From: an uncultured Verrucomicrobiae bacterium
Lineage (GTDB): Bacteria; Verrucomicrobiota; Verrucomicrobiia; Limisphaerales; UBA11358
DNA length: 64,000 bases
Reading direction: 5' to 3'
NCBI GenBank assembly: GCA_963714695.1
Contig: CAVQPQ010000003.1
Span: 616,866-680,865 of the forward strand
Shown: one piece after another, positions 28,315 through 35,827 of the stretch
Layout: each line of letters opens with the position of its first letter
Numbering within the stretch: the first letter of the stretch is position 1
Program-made: the position numbers and the translations under genes
The notes under the pieces: model-generated
The model's input: only the letters and a program-made list of their open reading frames with translations
What the model was told of the DNA's origin: nothing
The model's database searches: none

Positions 28315-28374
28315 AATCAAACCGGATCAAACTGAATCAAACCAAATCAAACCAAATCAAACCGAATGAAAACA
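28315..28374. repeat. Six tandem 10-bp units (AATCAAACCN)
   Basis: aatcaaaccg gatcaaactg aatcaaacca aatcaaacca aatcaaaccg aatgaaaaca, with an exact 10-nt period. Confidence 0.9.
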
Positions 28375-28437
28375 CCGCCAGCCAGCCAGCGGGAAGGACA
28401 TGTGATCAGTCCCCGGCTGAACCGGGCCTCGAACCGT

Positions 28438-28459
28438 GGTAGGGTTACACCCCATAAGC
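28438..28459 (+). promoter_or_regulatory. Upstream motif copy 9
   Basis: ggtagggttacaccccataagc, 87 nt upstream of the dodecin start. Confidence 0.6.
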
Positions 28460-28545
28460 AAAGGATCGGCCCGGCCCGTAATTTGTGAACTGAAAAATTG
28501 AATGGCGGAATCCGTTAACGGCAACCAAACACAAAAAAACCGAAT

Positions 28546-28755
28546 ATGAAAGACCCGGTCTATAAACTCATCGAACTCACCGGCACCTCCACCACTTCCA
28601 TTGAAGATGCGGTGGACAAGGCCATCAAACGCGCGCACAAAACCATAAAGAACCTGCGGTGGTTCCAAGTGATCGAAACGCGCGGCAGCATCGAAAAAGG
28701 GAAGGTTCATCACTGGCAGGTGACCATCAAAATCGGCTTCACCGTGAATGAATGA
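28546..28755 (+). CDS. Dodecin family protein
   Basis: VYKLIELTGTSTTSIEDAVDKAIKRAHKTIKNLRWFQVIETRGSIEKGKVHHWQVTIKIGF parallels bacterial dodecins. Confidence 0.85.
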   Translation: MKDPVYKLIELTGTSTTSIEDAVDKAIKRAHKTIKNLRWFQVIETRGSIEKGKVHHWQVTIKIGFTVNE

Positions 28756-28792
28756 TCGGGCAGAAATGCGCGAAACCAAGTGAAGAACAATC

Positions 28793-28990
28793 ATGCCTCA
28801 AGGCGATAAATCCAGCTACACCGACAAACAGAAACGGCAGGCGGCACACATCGAAGCCGGCTACGGGAAAAAAGGTGTCAGCGTGAAAACCGCAGAAGCT
28901 CGCGCTTGGGCCACCGTGAACCAACTCACCGGCGGCGGAAAAAAGAGCGGCTCTGGCAGGAAGAATCACAAGATGATGCCAGTAGTATGA
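28793..28990 (+). CDS. Small basic conserved protein (stress-associated, unnamed family)
   Basis: MPQGDKSSYTDKQKRQAAHIEAGYGKKGVSVKTAEARAWATVNQ. Its stop overlaps the grpE start as ATGA. Confidence 0.55.
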   Translation: MPQGDKSSYTDKQKRQAAHIEAGYGKKGVSVKTAEARAWATVNQLTGGGKKSGSGRKNHKMMPVV

Positions 28991-29535
28991 ACCCTGAATT
29001 TCCCAATCCTCCGGCCACTGAACTGGAGCCAAACGCCACTCTGGTCGAGACCACGGCCACGGAGTCGGATGCGCTCCTGAAGGATCTCGCCGAACAAAAA
29101 GATTTGCATTTGCGCCTGGCCGCCGACTTTGAGAATTTCAAGCGGCGCAGCCGGCGGGAAAGCGAGACCCGCGCGGCCGCGCAAAAGGAATCTTTCATCG
29201 TTGAACTGTTGCCGGTCATTGACAACCTCGAACGGGCTTTGGCCTCCGGCGCATCGCGGGACTCCGCGCTGTTTCATCAAGGGGTGGATATGACGTTGCA
29301 ACAATTGCAACAATTGCTCCGCCAGCACGGCGTCGAGAGTGAGGAAATCGTTGGCCAGCCGTTCGACCCGCACCGGCATGAAGCGCTTTCGCGAGGCCAT
29401 GATCCGGCTCAACCCGACCACGCCATTCTCTCGGTGCTCCAGCGCGGCTATCATCGGGGTGAGAAGATGGTTCGACCGGCCAAAGTGGTGGTGAACGACC
29501 TGACGCCTTCCAAGCCCGCCCGCCATGCCCGTTGA
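28987..29535 (+). CDS. grpE: Nucleotide exchange factor GrpE
   Basis: [17 protein letters not shown]...[12 protein letters not shown]...FDPHRHEAL...[16 protein letters not shown]. Confidence 0.9.
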   Translation: MNPEFPNPPATELEPNATLVETTATESDALLKDLAEQKDLHLRLAADFENFKRRSRRESETRAAAQKESFIVELLPVIDNLERALASGASRDSALFHQGVDMTLQQLQQLLRQHGVESEEIVGQPFDPHRHEALSRGHDPAQPDHAILSVLQRGYHRGEKMVRPAKVVVNDLTPSKPARHAR

Positions 29536-30043
29536 ATTTAAAGACTATTACCGGGTCCTCGGAGTGTCTCCGAAGGCATCGGACGAGGAAATCAAGAAGG
29601 CTTTCCGGACGCTTGCCCGGAAGTATCATCCCGATGTCGCCAAAGACAAAAAGATGGCGGAGGAAAAATTCAAGGAAGTCAACGAGGCCAATGAAGTCTT
29701 GAGCCATCCGGAGAGTCGCAGAAAATATGACCAGTTGGGCGCGAATTGGAAAACCGGCGCGGAATCGCGTCCCCAGCCGGACTGGGCTGGAGGCCGGTCC
29801 GCCGGTTGGGGAGGGCGGGTTCAAGAAGACGAATTCCAATTCGAGGGCACGGGTTTCAGTGATTTTTTTGAACAGTTTTTTGGCGGTCGCGCCGGCCGGT
29901 CTCGCGGCGGTTCGCCGTTTGAACACTTTGGCGCTGCGAACGGCAGCGATGAACCCGAGGCGGCGCTCCGAGGCCGGGATATTCAAGGGGACATTCTTAT
30001 CACTCTCGATGAAGTGGTTAAGCCCTCTAAACAGAGTGTGTGA
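29525..30043 (+). CDS. J-domain protein (CbpA/DnaJ-like) lacking the C-terminal substrate-binding domains
   Basis: [32 protein letters not shown] plus a G/F-rich region. It ends shortly after [16 protein letters not shown], where CTD I normally begins. Confidence 0.8.
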   Translation: MPVEFKDYYRVLGVSPKASDEEIKKAFRTLARKYHPDVAKDKKMAEEKFKEVNEANEVLSHPESRRKYDQLGANWKTGAESRPQPDWAGGRSAGWGGRVQEDEFQFEGTGFSDFFEQFFGGRAGRSRGGSPFEHFGAANGSDEPEAALRGRDIQGDILITLDEVVKPSKQSV

Positions 30044-30143
30044 GGGCCGGAACAGTAAAGCTTCCTCGTTCGCCTGCGCCTTTTCGTTCCACAATTTAGC
30101 GCCAGCCGGATCAGTTTTTCCGGGAGCGTCTCCAATGAAGCAC

Positions 30144-30164
30144 GGTAGGGTTACACCCCATAGC
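30144..30164 (+). promoter_or_regulatory. Upstream motif copy 10
   Basis: ggtagggttacaccccatagc, 79 nt upstream of the start at 30243. Confidence 0.6.
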
Positions 30165-30242
30165 AAAAAACCGCCCGCCAGCGTAGTTTCGCCAAATTGG
30201 CAGGCACAACCGCAAACCAAACACGCAACGAAAATCATAATT

Positions 30243-30689
30243 ATGAATAATAAAACATGGGTCATCACCTTCCTTTCCATCGCCGCTTTTGCGGTCGGGT
30301 GCGACAAACAGCAAACCACTTCCCAGCAGATCGAGACGGTCAAAACCGAAACCAAACAAGCCGCGCAGGACATAAAGGATTACACCTTCGCGCAAAAGGA
30401 CGAATTTGTTAAAACCATGCAGGGTCAGTTGGACGCTCTTAACAAGGACTTGGACCAGATCTCCGCCAAAATCGAAAGCTCCAGCGACGCGGTCAAGGCT
30501 GAGGCCAAACCCAAACTCCAGGCATTGCGCGACCAAGCGGCCCAATTGAACAAACAACTGGCCGATGCCCAGAACGCCACCGAGTCCACTTGGGACAGCG
30601 TCAAAGCCGGCTGCTCGAAGGCTTACGATGCGACGAAGGACGGTTTCAACCAGGCCCGCCAGTGGGTGAGTGATAAAATCGCGCCTTGA
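30243..30689 (+). CDS. Helical lipoprotein (apolipoprotein / LEA-like composition)
   Basis: Lipobox FLSIAAFAVGC. The remainder is K/Q/A/D-rich and predicted helical. Confidence 0.65.
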   Translation: MNNKTWVITFLSIAAFAVGCDKQQTTSQQIETVKTETKQAAQDIKDYTFAQKDEFVKTMQGQLDALNKDLDQISAKIESSSDAVKAEAKPKLQALRDQAAQLNKQLADAQNATESTWDSVKAGCSKAYDATKDGFNQARQWVSDKIAP

Positions 30690-30760
30690 GGTGAGAGGGG
30701 AAACGTTGTGAATAAAACAGCAAGCCAAAAAACATAAACATCAAAAATGAAAGAAACGAT

Positions 30761-31111
30761 ATGAAAAAAACATCTGTAAACACGGGCCAACCCCTCAAGG
30801 TGTTGACGTTGATCCTCTGCCTCGGCGCGATGCCAGTGCTCCTGGGCGTGACCGGCTGTACCACCGGCAGCCGCTACGAGCAAAGCTCGGGTGAACGAAT
30901 TGACGACCATAACACTTCTTCCCGCGTCCGGGCCGCGCTGGCAGACGACTCGCAATACAAGTACGACGGCGTCAACGTGGAAACGTTCAAGGGTGTGGTT
31001 CAGTTGAGCGGCTTTGTCAACACGAGGGACCAGAAAAACCGGGCCGGGGATATTGCCAGGCAAGTCAGTGGCGTGCATGATGTCGAAAACAACATCACCG
31101 TCAAAGAGTGA
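30761..31111 (+). CDS. BON domain lipoprotein (OsmY-like)
   Basis: Lipobox LLGVTGC. BON segment VNVETFKGVVQLSGFVNTRDQKNRAGDIARQVSGVHDVENNITV. Confidence 0.85.
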   Translation: MKKTSVNTGQPLKVLTLILCLGAMPVLLGVTGCTTGSRYEQSSGERIDDHNTSSRVRAALADDSQYKYDGVNVETFKGVVQLSGFVNTRDQKNRAGDIARQVSGVHDVENNITVKE

Positions 31112-31256
31112 TCGAATCGAGAAAGTTGCATTCGCAACACGCCGACAGTGGAATCCCCGCTGTCGGCGCGTTGACAGCGGGTGGAAACTAAGCCGGAATG
31201 AACTGCCCGAGGAGGTTCGCCGGTTGCTCAATTGCGAGTTGGATTATAATGGTTTC

Positions 31257-31277
31257 GGTAGGGTAACACCCCATAGC
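31257..31277 (+). promoter_or_regulatory. Upstream motif copy 11
   Basis: ggtagggtaacaccccatagc, 74 nt upstream of the start at 31351. Confidence 0.6.
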
Positions 31278-31350
31278 GCACGCGCTGCTTCTTGATTTAG
31301 TGTCAGCCGGTCAGGCAACCAACCACGCCTGCCCCAAATAAAGGAATTAC

Positions 31351-31872
31351 ATGAAAACCAAACTCATTCTGCTCGCCATCCGCAGTTCTCTGGCGCTGGC
31401 CGCGCCCGCATTGCTGGCGCAAGATACCAACACCAACGGCACCAACATCCTCACCCAAACCTGGAAATACCAAAAAGCGTTTGAAAACGACCGGTCGTTG
31501 GGCGAACGATCCCTTCTTCCTCCCGGGCTTAAGGAAAAGTTGAAACTCACCGACGACCAGAGAACCGATCTGAAGCCAATCGAGGCTGACTTTGCCAAAA
31601 CCTGCGAGGAATACCAGACTGCCAACCAACCCCGGATTGACGCCGCCGAGGAGGCGAACCGGCAGGCGCGCGCAGCGAAAGACACGGCACAAATAGAGGC
31701 AGCGCGCAAACAGTTGCAACAGGTCTGGGCCGGTCTCCGCCCATACCGGGTGGCCGCCGTCAATCAAATCAGGCCTCTGCTGACGCCGGATCAACTCGCG
31801 ATTTTGGACGATCCGAAGAACCGGTGGCGCGAAAATCATGGTCAGGAAGCGAATGATCCGTCTGCGAATTGA
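31351..31872 (+). CDS. Periplasmic LTXXQ-motif protein (Spy/CpxP-like)
   Basis: Signal peptide plus LKLTDDQRTDLKPI and LLTPDQLAILDD motifs. Confidence 0.65.
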   Translation: MKTKLILLAIRSSLALAAPALLAQDTNTNGTNILTQTWKYQKAFENDRSLGERSLLPPGLKEKLKLTDDQRTDLKPIEADFAKTCEEYQTANQPRIDAAEEANRQARAAKDTAQIEAARKQLQQVWAGLRPYRVAAVNQIRPLLTPDQLAILDDPKNRWRENHGQEANDPSAN

Positions 31873-31986
31873 ATCATGACGGCGATGCCGGAAAAGAAGC
31901 CCTTGAAAAGTCTTCATTTGCCGGGAGATTCTGCAAACTGAGGTCGGGCTGAATCAGTCTTCGCCGAACCATTGCCCAAAATACAC

Positions 31987-32007
31987 GGTAGGGTTACACC
32001 CCATAGC
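31987..32007 (+). promoter_or_regulatory. Upstream motif copy 12
   Basis: ggtagggttacaccccatagc, 79 nt upstream of the start at 32086. Confidence 0.6.
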
Positions 32008-32085
32008 GAAGGACCAGCCCGCAACGTACCGTGCTGCTCGTACAAAAACATCAATTAACGCAACAACAACCGAAAGTAAAAGCAA

Positions 32086-32868
32086 ATGAAAATGAAATCA
32101 ACTTACACACTCGCGCTCCTGGCAGCCACGAGCGCCCTGTTAGTCACCAGCCCATCCGTGCGCGCCTCCGATACGGACAGCCGCATCGAGTCATCCGCCG
32201 CAAAGTCGTATGTTTTCAAAACCTACCTCAAGGATGATTCCATCAAGACTGTATCCAAAGACGGTGCCGTCACCCTGAGCGGAACGGTGACCAAAGCGTC
32301 CGACAAGTCCCTGGCCCAGGACACCGTGGCGAGCCTGCCCGGCGTCATTAGCGTGGACAATCAACTGCTGGTCAGCGGCGAACAACCCGCTGAACATTCA
32401 GACACGTGGATCGGCCTGAAAGTGAAATCCGCACTCCTGTTCCATCGCAATGTGAGCGCCACCGGCACCACCGTGGAGGTGAAAGACGGCGTCGTCATCT
32501 TAACCGGTGAAGCCAGCAATCTGGCGCAAAAGGAACTCACCACCGAATACGCCAAGGATATTGACAATGTCAAAGCGGTCGTGAATGACATGACGATTGC
32601 CAAGACTCCGGCAACGCCAGACGCAACCACCGGCGACAAGATTGATGACGCCTCCATCACCGCCCAGGTCAAATCGTCGTTGCTGTCGCACCACTCGACC
32701 AGCGCCCTGAAAACGTCGGTTTCAACGACGGATGGCGTGGTGACGTTAGGCGGCATTGCCAAAAACGCCGCCGAAAAGAGCCTGGTCACCAAACTTGTCA
32801 CCGACATCAACGGTGTGAACAGTGTGATCAACAACATGACCATCGCCGTGCCGGTGGCCAGCAACTAA
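32086..32868 (+). CDS. Periplasmic protein with three BON domains (OsmY-like)
   Basis: Signal peptide. Three repeats of the pattern (V/T)...DG(A/V)V(T/I)L(S/T/G)G...(A/L)...(V/I)xx(V/I)(D/N)N. Confidence 0.85.
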   Translation: MKMKSTYTLALLAATSALLVTSPSVRASDTDSRIESSAAKSYVFKTYLKDDSIKTVSKDGAVTLSGTVTKASDKSLAQDTVASLPGVISVDNQLLVSGEQPAEHSDTWIGLKVKSALLFHRNVSATGTTVEVKDGVVILTGEASNLAQKELTTEYAKDIDNVKAVVNDMTIAKTPATPDATTGDKIDDASITAQVKSSLLSHHSTSALKTSVSTTDGVVTLGGIAKNAAEKSLVTKLVTDINGVNSVINNMTIAVPVASN

Positions 32869-32943
32869 ATTGACAGATTGCTGTTGGCTGGTGCGAAAGC
32901 GCGCCAGCCCGCAGTGACCAAAGCAAGCTAATAGGAAAATCTT

Positions 32944-33096
32944 ATGTTATACACAATTGCGGTAGTATTGCTCGCTCTGTGGCTACTTGGCCTGGTGACC
33001 AGTTACACAATGGGCGGGTTTATTCACATCCTGCTGGTCGTTGCCATTGTCATGGTGCTCGTCAACCTCATCTCCGGGCGCAAGCGGCTGAATTAA
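32944..33096 (+). CDS. lmo0937-family small membrane protein (not in the supplied ORF track because it is under 60 aa)
   Basis: MLYTIAVVLLALWLLGLVTSYTMGGFIHILLVVAIVMVLVNLISGRKRLN, read directly from the sequence. Confidence 0.7.
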   Translation: MLYTIAVVLLALWLLGLVTSYTMGGFIHILLVVAIVMVLVNLISGRKRLN

Positions 33097-33136
33097 AAAA
33101 AGCTGCCAACCGAAGAAAAGAAACTACAGATTCAAT

Positions 33137-33352
33137 ATGAATGCAAAAAACATTGTCGCAGTCGTCCTGGTCACTCTGGGCATCGTGGTGCTCGCTTATT
33201 CCGGCATCACCTTCACGACCCCTGGAAAACCTGTCGAGTTCCTCGGAATGCACTTTGCAACCACAGACAGCCACTTTATCCCGCCCGTCGTCGGGGCGCT
33301 TGCGCTCGTCGGCGGAATCGTGTTGTTGGTTGTGAATCCCAAGCGGGTCTGA
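33137..33352 (+). CDS. Small two-TM membrane protein
   Basis: 71 aa with N- and C-terminal hydrophobic helices. Confidence 0.5.
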   Translation: MNAKNIVAVVLVTLGIVVLAYSGITFTTPGKPVEFLGMHFATTDSHFIPPVVGALALVGGIVLLVVNPKRV

Positions 33353-33636
33353 TGAGTGGAGTCGAAGCGGTTACCGGCATGAAAGTAAAAATATTCGAAG
33401 TCGTTCTTCATAAGCTGCCCTCCGGCAAGTCGCCGGCGACAGCTTTGGAAGAGCAGATCAACGAGTTCCTCTCACAACACCCGGACCTGCGGTTGGTAAC
33501 CACGCACATGAGCACCCTGGTCACGCCCGCCGAGCCGAATGCCATGCCCAAAACCGAGGAATCCTCCATCATCATTTTCTGCACCCTGTTCTATACCGAC
33601 CACGGAACGAGTGATGCCGCTTTATGCAGACCCTGA
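33352..33636 (+). CDS. Hypothetical protein
   Basis: ORF abutting the previous stop codon. An alternative start (MKVKIFEV) lies at 33379. No family recognised. Confidence 0.3.
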   Translation: MSGVEAVTGMKVKIFEVVLHKLPSGKSPATALEEQINEFLSQHPDLRLVTTHMSTLVTPAEPNAMPKTEESSIIIFCTLFYTDHGTSDAALCRP

Positions 33637-33800
33637 AGCTCATTTGCCTGACCATCCTCCAACTGGTCAAACAGGTCTGGTTCCTTCCCCAATCGTTTGC
33701 GAATGCCGTCAAGCAAAGACGGGCGCGGTCTGTCTGGAACGAACACGAAGTCGAACGGCTCGACCGGATACGCAACCCGTCAAAGTATCTGGGAAAGTGA
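33624..33800 (+). CDS. Possible 58-aa protein (not in the ORF track)
   Basis: MQTLKLICLTILQLVKQVWFLPQSF...NEHEVERLDRIRNPSKYLGK. It overlaps the previous ORF end by 13 nt. Confidence 0.3.
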   Translation: MQTLKLICLTILQLVKQVWFLPQSFANAVKQRRARSVWNEHEVERLDRIRNPSKYLGK

Positions 33801-33984
33801 TTACAAATTCATTGTTTACATGGACTTTAGCGTTCATGAGAGTTGATTTTAAAACCGGCTCTTTTCCCGTTTACTCGGATCCAAGTCGCGGTTACGACGG
33901 AAAAGAATTTGGCGGAACTTTTTTCCCATTAGTGCCGGGGACATTCCCCGTACGATTTTCAACCATCGGGTCACCGTTTCATAC

Positions 33985-35511
33985 TCACGCCCACAACTGG
34001 CGATCCAGCGAGCGATATTGAATCGCTTCCGATATGTGGTCGCTCAGGATTTTTTCCGAGCCGGCCAGGTCGGCGATCGTACGCGCCACCTTCAAAATCC
34101 GGTCGTAGGCCCGGGCGCTCAAATTCAAATCGGCCATCGCGTGCTTGAGCAGTTCCTTGGTCGCCTCGTCCAACGCGCAGAATTCCTTGAGTTCCTTCGG
34201 ACCCATGATCGCGTTGCAGGTGATTTTCCGCTTGTGCGCAAATCGCGTCTGCTGCCGTTTCCGCGCTTGGACGACGCGCTCGCGGATTTGCGCCGAGGTC
34301 TCGCCCGTGCGGTCGCCGGCGATCTCCCGGAATTTCACCTGCGGCACTTCCACATGCAAATCAATCCGATCCAGCAACGGCCCCGAAATCCGGCCCAGAT
34401 AATTTTGGATTTCGCGCGGCGAACTTTTTGATTCGCCGGGCATTTTGCCGTCCGGTGTCGGGTTCATCGCCGCGACGAGCATGAATTGTGACGGAAAGGT
34501 CATCGTGCCCGCCGCGCGCGAAATCGTCACGCGGCCTTCTTCCAGCGGCTGGCGCATCGTCTCCAGCACGCTGCGTTTGAACTCCGGCAGTTCGTCCAGA
34601 AACAACACGCCGTTGTGCGCCAGCGAAATTTCGCCGGGCGTCGGATTGATGTTGCCGCCGAGCAAACCGGCGTCGCTCGCCGTGTGATGCGGCGTGCGAA
34701 ATGGCCGGCGCGTTACCAGCGCCTGGCCCGGCCCCAGCAAACCAACGATGCTGTGAATCTTCGTGGTTTCGAGCGCTTCGTCCAAAGTCAGCGGCGGCAG
34801 AATCGTCGGCAGCCGCTTGGCGAGCATGGATTTGCCGGTGCCGGGCGGACCGATGAGCAGCGCGTTGTGTCCGCCGGCGGCGGCAATTTCCAGGGCGCGC
34901 TTCACATTCTCCTGGCCTTTGACCTCGGCGAAATCCAAGTCGTCGTCATGCGTTTGATCGAAAATTTTGGCAATGTCCACCTTGGTCGGCGCGATTTTGA
35001 TTTCGCCTTCCAGAAAGCCGGCGGCCTCGCGCAAATTCTGCACCGGGATGACTTGCAAGCCCTCAACGACCGCGGCCTCGGCGGCGTTTTCCGCCGGCAC
35101 GAGCACGCCGATCTTGCCTTCGGCTTTGGCGCGCAGGGCGACGGGCAAAACGCCCTTGCACGGGCGCACCGCGCCGGTCAGCGCGAGTTCGCCCACGATG
35201 ACAAAATTGTCGAGCTGGTCGGTTTCGACTTGTTCGCTGGCGGCCAGCATGCCGACGGCGATGGGCAGATCAAAGCTCGGCCCCTCCTTTTTCACGTCGG
35301 CGGGCGCGAGATTGATGGTGGTGCGCCCCATCGGAAATTTGAAACCGGAATTCGTGAGCGCGGTCGAGACCCGGTCGCGCGATTCCTTCACCGCGGCGTC
35401 CGGCAGGCCGACGATGACGACGATGCTGTCACCAAAACCGCAGTTGACCTCGACTTCAACCGCGTAGGCGTCAATGCCGTTCAAGGCGGCGGAGCAAACC
35501 CTGGTAAGCAT
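33985..35511 (-). CDS. comM: YifB/ComM family Mg-chelatase-like AAA+ ATPase
   Basis: MLTRVCSAALNGIDAYAVEVEV...LLIGPPGTGKSMLA...GVLFLDELPEF. The 106-aa N-terminal extension in the ORF track overlaps the neighbour's conserved leader and is rejected. Confidence 0.9.
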   Translation of the reverse strand: MLTRVCSAALNGIDAYAVEVEVNCGFGDSIVVIVGLPDAAVKESRDRVSTALTNSGFKFPMGRTTINLAPADVKKEGPSFDLPIAVGMLAASEQVETDQLDNFVIVGELALTGAVRPCKGVLPVALRAKAEGKIGVLVPAENAAEAAVVEGLQVIPVQNLREAAGFLEGEIKIAPTKVDIAKIFDQTHDDDLDFAEVKGQENVKRALEIAAAGGHNALLIGPPGTGKSMLAKRLPTILPPLTLDEALETTKIHSIVGLLGPGQALVTRRPFRTPHHTASDAGLLGGNINPTPGEISLAHNGVLFLDELPEFKRSVLETMRQPLEEGRVTISRAAGTMTFPSQFMLVAAMNPTPDGKMPGESKSSPREIQNYLGRISGPLLDRIDLHVEVPQVKFREIAGDRTGETSAQIRERVVQARKRQQTRFAHKRKITCNAIMGPKELKEFCALDEATKELLKHAMADLNLSARAYDRILKVARTIADLAGSEKILSDHISEAIQYRSLDRQLWA

Positions 35512-35827
35512 GGGGAATGGTTGCGCCAGCCAGTGGGAAATGCAACCGGGATTTTTGGCAACGCGAAAGACCCTGATCCGACCGGCTCGAAAAGGGTGTC
35601 TGATACAAGCATGAATCATCGCGCCGGACTGTGGCTGATGGTGTGCCAAGTGAAAAGGGTTGGGAAGGGGGGTGAAATGATGGTTGCAAAAGGGTTGCAA
35701 AGGATGTGCAAACGAGATGCGGAAGAATTGCTGGCGGCAAGTGGGTTGCGCCTTCTGCTCGTCCGTCCCCGGCCCGGGGTTTTTGAAGCTTGTTTCGGTC
35801 GGGCATGACGTGTAGAGGGTAGGCCGC

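Noticed and set aside
27342-28335. 286-aa minus-strand and 275-aa plus-strand ORFs covering 27.3-28.3 kb
   Set aside because: They overlap the CsbD gene and each other. Both are R/P/A/S-rich with no recognisable motifs. The region 27640-28070 is left unannotated.
29216-30373. 385-aa minus-strand ORF
   Set aside because: It is antisense to grpE, the J-protein gene and the lipoprotein gene, all of which have strong family signatures.
34615-35808. 397-aa plus-strand ORF
   Set aside because: It is antisense to comM/yifB.
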